Of a stretch of 32,000 nucleotides of DNA, positions 12,641 through 22,447 are shown one piece after another. Within the stretch, counting starts at the first letter, position 1. Every line of letters begins with the position of its first letter. Below the pieces are notes generated by a model. That model saw only the letters and a list, made by a program, of their open reading frames with translations. It was not told the DNA's origin and did no database searches. Origin of the DNA: Mycobacterium leprae TN (GTDB taxonomy: Bacteria; Actinomycetota; Actinomycetes; Mycobacteriales; Mycobacteriaceae); NCBI RefSeq assembly GCF_000195855.1, contig NC_002677.1:2190001-2222000 (forward strand), given 5' to 3'. The translations under genes and the position numbers were made by a program.

Positions 12641-13389
12641 CTTACACCACACAAATGGGTGCAATCAACGTTGTGTAGTTAGAATCTACCTCCTATCCGA
12701 CAGACCGGACAGCGCAACCTCGGGTCAAGAATCAAGCTTTAGAGCGTGACCGACAAGTTAGGATGACGCCATCATGATCATGATGGCCAAGAAGACGTTG
12801 GCTCAACTCTTAGACCCAATGCTAGCGCTATAGTGATGTGACCGGCCAGAGCGACCGACTCACCCGCACCCCGGCTTACAGCTCCTAGCTGCTCAGGCAA
12901 GTCTGGTAAGACCAGACAACATCGCCACAGATGCATCTAAGTCATCTTGGCCGTTTTCATCACCGAAACGAACCTGACCAGAATCGCCGTCGTCGTGCTG
13001 CTGATGACGGTGAGCGTTCCCAGAGCGAGCGTGTTTAGTTTAACGAAGCGCCGTTGTGGATAACGGTTGTCGCCGTCCCCGCCTACAGTGTCCCGGCAAT
13101 CGCTCTAAGCACCCATGTTGATTACCCGGCAAAATACGCTCACGCTGCGCTGAACGATCGAGAATAGCAAACTGCGCCCCCGCAAGCCAAAAGCAACATC
13201 TTCCTGGCTTCATCGTGCATGGCGATCGCCTACCTGACTCTGTGTGGATAGAAGACGAAAAAACAAATGCTACTCTACGTACGAGCCAACCATATGTTCA
13301 TTCCGCGGTGTCTCTTTTCGGTGAGCGCCTCCGGTATCTTGGGCACCAGCAATTGCTTTCTGAATCACTGAATTAGCTCTGCGCCCAGT

Positions 13390-14290
13390 GACTACCCAAG
13401 CACTAAAGGCAAGAGACCCCCACGGCAGATAGCCGCTGGCATCATGGTCCGGACCATCATGGTGTGGCTAGTCGGTTCCGGCGTTCCTGCCGTCAGCATC
13501 GCCCTGACGATGATCGCCCAGACATTTATGCACAATCTCATCACAACCCAGTTCGGGTTCAGAGTGCTGCTCGTGTCAGCGACAACACTGGTCTTCGGGT
13601 TCATCCGAAGTCTGATGTAGACCCTAGCCTGGTAGACAGTGACACCGCTGTGGGTGTGGTGTGCACGGCGCTTAAGCGCGTGTAGGAGTACTACTTGGAG
13701 CGATAGCACCGGGACCCGAACTTGGTGAACTGCAGCGTGATTTCAACACGATGGTCGACGGCCTGTGTGAGCGCGAACAGGTGCATGATCTTTTCGTCCA
13801 CCGTGTCGGGTGTAAAGTCGCCGCTGCCGAACGCGAACGACCAAAAACTTGGCGCAGCTGAACGCCACGTCACCGTGGCTTTCGTCGATATCGTCGGCTA
13901 CGCGCGGCTGACTACCAGCATCCAGCCTGCGGCCAACATCATCGAACTACCCAACCGGTTCTTCGCGATCGTCGTCGAAAAAGTGGACGCTGCAAAGGGT
14001 GTGCTATACCACGTTTTGTGTGGACGTGTTCTCCCACCCCATCCTGGGCTGGCAGGTGATGACCAGCAAGACCGCGGGTGCTTGGTCACATCGGTGCTTG
14101 AGCAGACGCTACTCACCCCCTATTGCACATAGCTCCATTCTCTATAACCGATTTGATTCATCACTTGGACGCGGGATCAATATACGTCGATCGCGTTCAC
14201 CGAGGCGCTGCACGAGGCCGGTATCGCCGGATCCATCAGCAGTGTCGGCGACGCTTTGGACAACGTGTTTATGGATTCTGCTATAGGGAC
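13390..14290 (+). pseudogene. Membrane-anchored HAMP + class III adenylate/guanylate cyclase pseudogene (Rv1318c-Rv1320c/Rv3645 type)
   Basis: VGSGVPAVSIALTMIAQTFMHNLITTQFGFRVLLVSATTLVFGFI (membrane segment); ELGELQRDFNTMVDGLCEREQVHDLF; AAERHVTVAFVDIVGYARLTTSIQPAANIIELPNRFFAIVVEKVDAAKG. Pieces lie in different frames with stops. Confidence 0.75.
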
Positions 14291-15889
14291 GGTACAAATC
14301 TGAATTAATCGACCAACATGCGACCTTCACCGGTCGCGTCGAACTGGAACGGGAAACCACCTCCTGGGTGCACTAGTACAACACGATCGAGACTCCACCT
14401 CATCAATATCAATCCAATACCGACCACCAGTCGCATACGAACAGCGCTACCAGCAGACAGCCACCCCGACCGAAGTGACATGAACCAATAATCTCCGACA
14501 GCTCCAGAACAGTTCACTTTCGATCGGTGGTACACCTATAGTTCCACATGCCATGTGTGGTGCACGCCGAAATGAATAATTGAAATATAGTCCAGGTCAA
14601 GTTTCGATCACCTAGATTTGATACGGACCGATTGTTAGCACCCAGGAGAAATTTGATGGCGAAGTCACGCACGGAACCATCGGCAGATTCTAAGCGCTAA
14701 GCGGAGTCCCTGCGACTAGCTCTCACTATGGAAGCGATCCGCTGCTCTTGGCTTTACAACGGTCGTCAAACCAGGTCGTCGTCAGACCGTGTGGGTCTGA
14801 GGCGGTGGAAAGTGGATATTTAGTGAGCCTAACTGACCGACTTTGACCATCCACACCTGCATCAATCGGTCGATGCACGTCCTCGCTACCCTGGTTGGGG
14901 AACCACAGGACGGCTAGCTTTGCGCTGAGTTCGCCACACCCATAGACACCAACGTAACCGTCATTGTGCCCAGCCCAGACGCCGCCATTGCGAGGCAGGC
15001 AACGTGTGTCGCCGGCGAGAACAAGTGCGAAACGAGTCTGGTGTGACAGTCGGTTGGACAGGCGGTAGCTGACCACCATAAATCACCCGATGTAAGCACT
15101 TGTCCCACGGATTGTCAACGCCCAATAGTGATTTGGGCATGAACAGCCACCAAATACCGACCCTTGCCGCACTTGGCGAACAATAACAAATGTTATTGGC
15201 CACTGCCGATAACGGCATTGTGCAATCGTTAACGGCGAAGACATTGACCTGCGAAAGTACCTCTTGGTAAACGTTTATCGGTTGGCTACCGGATCCCACA
15301 GCCACCGCTATGATCACGTCAGTGGGTGCCAGATCAGCAACCGCCAATATCCTCCTGATAAGAAAACGCTAGCGCCATCAGGGAAATCAGCAGTACGACC
15401 AGCGGCAACATACTGTCCACCGGGTGCGCAGCTCCAACATCCTCCGTCACTGAATTGGTTAACTTGTCCTTCCTAGGCCACGTGGCGTCGTGCACAGATC
15501 TAGCAACAGCAAGTACATGAATCGCTAAACATCATGCCCCGCGCTCTTTGTTTACCTAAAAATAGACTACTGCTAGCGTAGCGGCAGTTTCGATCGCAGT
15601 AGTCCTTACGGTCTACTGCCGCTGGAGTACCTCCGGGGACGTAAGGGCCACATAGTCGGCTACTGAGGCGAATTGTCCGCAGATAGAAGTCGTCTTTACC
15701 CGTGGCCGGCTGACATCACCGGGAACGGGCCATACTCGGCAATGCGTTCATCAACGCGCTGGAATCCAAAGCCAGCGATAAAAAATATTGGCGTATACAC
15801 CGTGAAGTACTCTGTCGATACGACAGGTTAACGTAGGCGCCAATGACATGAACCGACATATATCGATTACATAGTCAATGGCTGTCTAG

Positions 15890-16234
15890 ACACCCGGCTG
15901 GTACTGGGCGGCTACTCAACGGGGTGCGGCGGTCACCGACGTGGTGTTCGCGGTACCTATCGCGGCGTTTAGTTTTGACCAGCCCTTCCCGGCCAATGCC
16001 GACCAGCACATTGCCGCCGTCGCGTTGTTCGGCAACGGGAGCCAATGGATGAGTCCGATCACGAACTTCAACCCGCTCTACAAAGACAGGAGCATCGAAC
16101 TGTGCCACAGCACCGATCCCGTCTGCAACACGGCTGACACGCACACCTGGCAAGACAATTGGCCACAACACCTCACGAATGCATACGTTCAGATAGATAT
16201 GGCCAACCAGGAAGCCAACTTCGTAGCCAGTTAG
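15890..16234 (+). pseudogene. Cutinase-family (Culp) pseudogene fragment
   Basis: LVLGGYSTG followed after a frameshift by TDVVFAVPIAAFSFDQPFPANADQHIAAVALFGNGSQWMSPITNFNPLYKDRSIELCHSTDPVCNTADTHTWQDNWPQHLTNAYVQIDMANQEANFVAS; typical cutinase C-terminal half. The N-terminal half is not readable. Confidence 0.8.
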
Positions 16235-17100
16235 TCCTAGGCGGCTCATCCGCACGTCGCGTGTGGAAACGATACACCATGCGCCCGCTGCCACGATCAG
16301 TCTCGTATGGGTTAGCACGATCTGATCAATGTAGCGAATGTACACCACTACGGCTGGTGTCGGTTCAGGTTTGACGTCGAACTAGCTAAATTATACTAGC
16401 ACTTTGTGACACAGCATGATTCAAATCAAGATTCGAAGTTCGGCAGCTGGCTAGCTCGACCTCTATGCGCTGCTACTAGCCTTAAAGCAACATCGCTACT
16501 ACCAACATGCGTTTCATATGGGGACCGTCAGGAGGTCGGTTCCAGCTGCTTCTAGCAGCTAAACCGCTTGAGGACACCTGTCAACGTCAATACGGGATAA
16601 ACCCTTAAGCCAGTGTATTTTCAAGCTGGAGCATACCCGAAATTTCGGACAACAGGGCCGAGGTCACCCCCGTACGGCAACGCGCTGCCGTTCCAGGAAA
16701 GAAGGAGGCGACACATCGCTGCGTTGCAGTGCATACCGCTTAGCGGCATGCACAAGCCGGATGCACTTGAAGGAAAACCACCGTTGTTCCTGACTTATTC
16801 GCCACGATTGCTGAACTTCTCCCAAGCCAACGAATTGCGCTGTACTGATTGCGTTATCCACACCACGTGGTTCTCAGACTGTCGTTAGCCCAGAGTGGCT
16901 AATAAAACTGTGACAAAATTTTTGTCATGTTGAGAATTTAGCCGTGAATTAAGCATTTACTGGGCCTCGTTTTTCGAACAACATGGTTGATACATTAGAA
17001 TAGGGATATTATTAGATATTACCAACTAGCTATGAAATATTCTACTTCACAATGTATTTCGAGTGGTAGGCAGTGTCTCTACGTAGTGGGTTGGGACAAT

Positions 17101-18629
17101 TTAGTGCACATTGTGGCTGTTGATCTTGGCCAGCACGTCGACGAGGTTGGCGGGTAGGTGATGGTCAGGATTTGTTGTCCGGCCTCGATCTGCATGGTGC
17201 GGTAGCCGGAGGGTAGTCCGCGCGAATTTCTTAATGTTCCAATCGTTTTGGTGCTCAAACTAGTGACTGAAGACCATCGCGGCAAACACCACGGTTAAGT
17301 GAGTTTCGATGGAGTCGCGGATGCGGTGGTACATCGGGTGCACCTGCAGGTCGTGTTTGGACATCCGGAAAGCCTTGTCGATATTCTACAGCTGGTGGGA
17401 GACATCAATTAATGAACGTCGCGTGATGGCCGACGAACGAGGTTGGGGGTGTACCTTTTTAGTTCTAGCCGGCCAGTGTGCGGGTCTTGTCTTCCACTGC
17501 GCAATTGACACTCTATTAGTGGCACCGGGTTAGATATAGCGGTTGCGTTTGACCGGAGAGCGCCCATCGATGACACGCTGGGCCTTAGTGACCTGGTCAT
17601 TGATGCCACCCAGCGTTTTTCGGGACCGATCGTGGCGGTATTGGTAGTGGAGTGACCCGGTCGGGGATTTTACGGGCTTTTTCTGAACTCGTCGGCGACC
17701 ACCGCTGGGTAATGAACCAGCCCGTCGGGGACCGCCTCTCTGGGGTGTTTGTCACACACTATTAGCGCACCACGTCAGGCGGGTGCGGAACGCTAGCACC
17801 GAAGATATAGGACAACCCGGCAGCCTGTAGGACGACCTGGTTGGCTTCGGAGATCATGCCGGCGTCAGCCCACCACGGTCACGTCGGTCAGATTGCGAGC
17901 GGTCTTAAATGCATTGAGGACCGGCACCATCGTGGTGGTCTCGGTTCGGTTGCCCTCGAACGCCGCGACATTGAGCAAAACCCGGTAGCGTCAGTGAACG
18001 CCCCAGGGTGATCTACGGGTCCAACCGGCGTTCCTTCGAAAACCCAAGCTCGCAGAAACCATCCCCCACACCTTCTCGAAGTACAAGGTTGTCACGTCGT
18101 AGAGCACCAGACTGGCTGTACTCAACTTACGCATGAGCAGCTCACGGGGTCGAACGTTGCTGCCGGAATGCAGGTTTAGCGAAGACTGGTACTGGTAGGA
18201 GTCGATTCAGTGTCCAGTAGGCCGCCGAATCAACTCCTGTCTCCTTGAACACACATAGTGTATCGACCTTGTTCGTCGGTTCGATGACGTGTACCGTATA
18301 CCATGGCGCGAACTACCTCATAGCCGCCAGCGGCGGCATCGAAACCCAGCACCTCGTAGTCTTGACACAACGCCTTCCACAGGTGCGCTGGCCTGGACAC
18401 CATGATCTCCAACGGGGCGCCGGACGACTCGGGACGATCCAGGCTTTGCTGACTGGCAGCCAGACATTACATTACATTGATTCGCCACAGTCTTGAGCAC
18501 CTCCAACTCCACTTCTTCGTGCGCAGAACCCAGGTGCCCGCTCTTGCGTGAACCCCACCGTGGGAACCAAACAGCCTACGCAGCCGTAGCCCCCGAAGCC
18601 ATCTTCACGGTGCGTCCATAAGCCACCAC
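17101..18629 (-). mobile_element. Degenerate IS1634/IS4-like transposase
   Basis: Reverse-strand fragments in order: RTVKMASGATAA..GHLGSAHEEVELEVLKTVANQ; LWKALCQDYEVLGFDAAAGGYEV; LVLYDVTTLYFE; GFSKERRLDP; ADAGMISEAN; DQVTKAQRVIDGRSPVKRNRYI; FRMSKHDLQVHPMYHRIRDSIETHLTVVFAAM; YRTMQIEAGQQILTI. Many stops and frameshifts. Confidence 0.8.
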
Positions 18630-18912
18630 CGCACTCCTAAAAACCTTCAATTAGTAGCCCAGATTCCGTCCCGCCAACGACGAAAACACCAATTCAAAAG
18701 CCTGCCAGTCGCAGATTGGGGCATGCCTGTATGTGTGGGTGTGTTTTGGTGGCGAGTTTGAAGGTAGTGGCAGAATCGGTTTGGGTGTGATCCAGCTGCT
18801 TGGGTCTGGGGCTTCATTGTCGACGCTAGAGCATAATCGCGGCCGCGGGTTGAGTAGGCCTGGGGCGCGGTGTGGGTGTATTACTTTCGGTCCGTTTCCC
18901 AGACTGGTCGCC

Positions 18913-18948
18913 GATCCTGGTGTGCGCGTCTTTGCGCACCGGGCTTTT
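18913..18948 (-). ncRNA. Candidate decayed group II intron domain V
   Basis: Minus strand AAAAGCCCGGTGCGCAAAGACGCGCACACCAGGATC lies about 15 nt after the RT stop. It folds as a lower helix with an AGC near the 5' end, a 2-nt 3' bulge (CA) and a perfect 5-bp upper helix, as expected for domain V with a few lost pairs. Confidence 0.5.
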
Positions 18949-20350
18949 CATGGTCACTACCGTTAGGCGGTGGGAATACTGGTCCAAGGGTTGGGTATTG
19001 TGGTGATTTGGTAGCGGTACCGGGTGACCGGTATCGAGGTCGGGTTCAATAGGGTGGTCTCTTCTGCGTCAATCGGTTTTCACCGTTTTTCGGAGGTGGT
19101 GAACTGCCGGCGAATGTCTTTCCATCTCCGGCGATACAGTGCTCGAAACCACCGATGGTTGATCTGTGCCAGCACGGCCCCCGGATTGCGCTGTGATTTC
19201 CTGTTTGCCAGGGCACGGATCTTGGCTTTGACCGACCGTCGTGCCCGGTCGGCGATACAAGTCCTAGACATGCCCACGTGGTCGTTGCCTTCTTGGGTGT
19301 CCACCCGGTGTGGAAGCCGCGAAAGTCCATACCAGTTACCGAAGTGCGCGGTCTTTGTCTTTGCAGTCGACAGCTGCAGACCTAGAGGCGTAAGCATCGA
19401 GTTTATTTCGTTTTGCAGGCCTCTGGCGTGTCTGGTCGCCATGTGCTGAGTACAACGCAGTCGTCCGCTACGCGGGACGACTGCGTTGTACTCAGCAGGC
19501 CTGTGACGCGGCGCCGACTAGGCAGGTAAGCAGTGGACATCGAGCCGCACGGTTTCCATGGCTGCATCCGATACTCATCGAGCCCAGGCAAGGCGATGTT
19601 GGTCAGCACCGGCGACAAGATATTGCCCTGAGACGTTCCGGTGTGAGTGTTCTGGTGCTCACCAGACTCGGTGAGCACACCGGCCTTAGAAAACGCCTTC
19701 ACCAGGACCAAGTACGCGTTTATCCTTGACTGGCAATAGCATCCGCTCCAACAGAGCAAAATGTGAGATAGAGTCACAGCGCACCTCAATGTCTGCATAC
19801 AGCACCCACCGATAGCTTGTAGTGCTGTATTGGTGAATTTCGGCGATCGTGTCCCTGAGATCGCCGCTTGGGGGCGGAATCCAGGGGAGATCGGCTCGAA
19901 AGCGGCCTCGACGACAGGCTCCAACACCAGCTTCAACGCAGCCTGAACGACTCGATCCGCAGATTGTCCAACAACCCGCTACCTCGACGATTTCCTCAAC
20001 ATGGGCTCCGGTCCGGGCGTCCACACCAGCAGTATTCGCCCCATAGTTGCCCGTGACCCAGTCAAACGCCACCAACAATGTTCGCCGGGTCACACACGAG
20101 ATTGAACAGGTCATCAAACCTGCGGCCACGATCGACCGACGATGACCCCAACCCGATAAATCGTGTTGGCCACACAACACCCAAGCAGGACCTAGGACGA
20201 TTCCTCCCCTTCCCGACGCCACCCAAGGCCAAGGTGCCCCCGCTTCACCGTTCCTGCTGCGACAGGCCCGGCGGCGAAGATCTCTCACCTTCACTGCCAT
20301 GCCAATCATCAGCACTTCGTGACGCACGTGGATCCAGGTCGAGCCCGACC
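18913..20350 (-). mobile_element. Degenerate group II intron with reverse transcriptase/maturase pseudogene; the 5' part of the intron is not delimited
   Basis: Reverse-strand RT fragments: DWVTGNYGANTAGVDA; KLVLEPVVEAAFEPISPGFRP; DTIAEIHQYSTTSYRWVLYADIEVRCDSISH; LVKAFSKAGVLTESG...HTGTSQGNILSPVLTNIALPGLDEY; VADDCVVL (YADD box); LGLQLSTAKTKTAHF; SVKAKIRALANR...LAQINHRWFRALYRR; TLLNPTSIPVTRYRYQITTIPNPW then stop near 18963. Confidence 0.8.
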
Positions 20351-21034
20351 ACATCACGCCGTTTGGTCTCCCACGTCGGGGTCGGTAACGAACTTGAAGG
20401 TCTTCACGCGATGCGACTGGATGCCCCCACTTATGCCAGATCCGCGCGACCAAGGAAAACGAAATCCCCCACAGCCATCAACTGCTCCGGTGACGGGCCG
20501 CTCCGACGCTGAACGGCCGATTCGCATAACATCGCCGACCAACGTCTCTACGAGCACCATGACCTCATCGATCACCGAAGCACGTCCCGTCCCCGGCGTA
20601 CCCGAACCGCGATATCAGTATCTAGCCACTCCATCGGACACCAACCACACAATCCACGCCCGTGTCACCTGCCCCACCAGCACCCACAACACCCTCGTCA
20701 ACCACCCCAGCCGACCCCGGTCGCCATCGCGCAACTCCAAGACAGCAACCACATACACCGCCCACTTACCTCAACCAACCACACCTAAACGCCTCAAAAC
20801 CACCCACCACTAGCTGCACTTTCAACCACTCTCGTCAACGTTATAGGGACTCTGGATACAAAACTCCTTCTCAAAAAACCCCAGCAATTACCAAGGATGG
20901 TCAAGTAACCGTTTGCCTGCAGTGTCGGCACTGGCAGTATTTTATGGCGCGATGCGACTATCACTCGCACGCAGTTATGTGACGGGCGCAGTAGGTTAAA
21001 CCCACCCGAACTGTCGCAGTCGAACGTGGGAACT

Positions 21035-21050
21035 ACACACACACACACAC
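21035..21050. repeat. (AC)8 dinucleotide microsatellite
   Basis: ACACACACACACACAC read directly within 'ggaactACACACACACACACACaacgag'. Confidence 0.97.
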
Positions 21051-21464
21051 AACGAGTCTCACTTACAATCGGGACTAGAAGGAAACCAGCAATCCGCAGC
21101 GCTAGACGCTCTCTGAAACTCCAGAATCTGGACTGAGTGCCGTTATAGGCATGTTGAATCGCTGCACCACCCGGGTTTCGGTGCACGACGGACACGTTGC
21201 TGACCATATGCTGTCACATCATACCAGCGTCAATAAACAACTGGCATTTCTATCGAAACAGGGAGCCCAGAACAAGCCCCACTCGGTAGCTACGCCGGCA
21301 GCCGATCCGCACAACTGCGGCCGCTGAATAATTGGCCGAATCACTAATATAGTCATACATATTTACTGAGGCATGCGGCCTGATAATCGCTTTGCTCAAC
21401 TATCACAACGAATTCATCGTATTCGGTCGATCCTGCTGCGGCAATGTCGGTAGTCGACCCTTAA

Positions 21465-21975
21465 AGGGTGAGTACCCGTCCCGCGACGACCAGATGCACT
21501 TCGTCGCAGACAGCCGCCACGCGTTGGTTGATCTCGCCAAGCAGATCCCGAAACAGCACACCCGAACAGATGGGCAGGCACCACACCGAGGCCGACCTCA
21601 TTCGTCACCACGATCGCGTCTGGCAATCCGATCAACGCCCCACACAACCCGTCGAGTTGTGCCTCGACCGCAGCGTAGATGTCAACAGTAGCAACATCCC
21701 ATAACACCCTCGCGATCCATGAGAGCCGTCAACCAACTGCCCAGATAGTCCACCCAGGCAGGATACGAGATACCGTGCCTCGGACAAAACTTTTACGACG
21801 TCAGCTGTTTTCACCATCAGCCAAGTCGCTGGACGACGAGCCCGATGCAGCGAGTCCGAGCGTCTCGTGCAGGAAAGCCGGGCGGAGCACATCACCTTAA
21901 CTAACGAGCGAGCCGTGCCACATCGTTCCGAACACCCTGTCCGTTGCGTGCACCACCCAGGCATTCCTCGGTAGC
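21465..21975 (-). pseudogene. cobU: Adenosylcobinamide kinase/guanylyltransferase pseudogene
   Basis: LHRARRPATWLMVKTADVVKVLSEAR...; VEAQLDGLCGALIGLPDAIVVTNEVGLGVVPAHLFG; then frameshifted RDLLG.VNQRVAAVCDEVHLVVAG read across frames. Confidence 0.85.
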
Positions 21976-22330
21976 GTCACCGCGGGTAATCTTGCTGTGG
22001 TGAATCTCGTACCCTGAGGCGGAAACTCCCAAGACCTGGCCTACGCAGAGTAGCCGCAGCCCCTTCTGGACAGAGCAGGCCGTCTCCCCTGCGAGAAAAC
22101 CCATATCCTCGACCTCGGCCACCAGCCCTTCGACATTATACGAATCGCGACCTATCCGGACCGGTAGCTGGAATCCACCGCAAATACCGAGCAATGGCTT
22201 GCCCGCCGCGGCGGGCTAAAGCACCGCACTCTCTAGGCGTCGTACCCGCAACCAAGCGAGATAGGCGACCGTTGCACGGGTACCCTGGCGTAGCACGGTC
22301 AGGTCGACATCGCCCCGCGCGAGGGCCGGA
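21901..22330 (-). pseudogene. cobQ1: Cobyric acid synthase pseudogene, C-terminal glutaminase part only
   Basis: TRATVAYLAWLR then AAAGKPLLGICGGFQLPVRIGRDSYNVEGLVAEVEDMGFL...VGQVLGVSASGYEIHHSKITRGDA, CobQ type I amidotransferase motifs. Too little sequence before PPE2 for the N-terminal half. Confidence 0.82.
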
Positions 22331-22447
22331 ATGCGAACACTATGAGTTATCGGACATGTTCCACGCTTTAAAGTAAATGCTTCACCCGTACGTCACGTCG
22401 AGCCAACGCGCGGCATAGCCCCGCGGTCACGACGCTCTTATCTAGAG

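Noticed and set aside
12700-13380. Possible small RNA or CRISPR-like structure in the long unannotated gap
   Set aside because: No regularly spaced repeats, no Cas-like fragments and no clear hairpin-plus-U terminator seen. Treated as decayed intergenic DNA.
14300-15850. ORFs suggesting a decayed membrane protein (e.g. 14961..15347 and 14914..15108, minus strand)
   Set aside because: Some hydrophobic stretches, but no family recognised and no consistent frame order. Not reported as a feature.
17000-20700. Assigning this region to a named leprosy-bacillus repeat family (RLEP, REPLEP, LEPREP, LEPRPT)
   Set aside because: I cannot verify a match from memory; it needs a direct alignment with the published consensus sequences.
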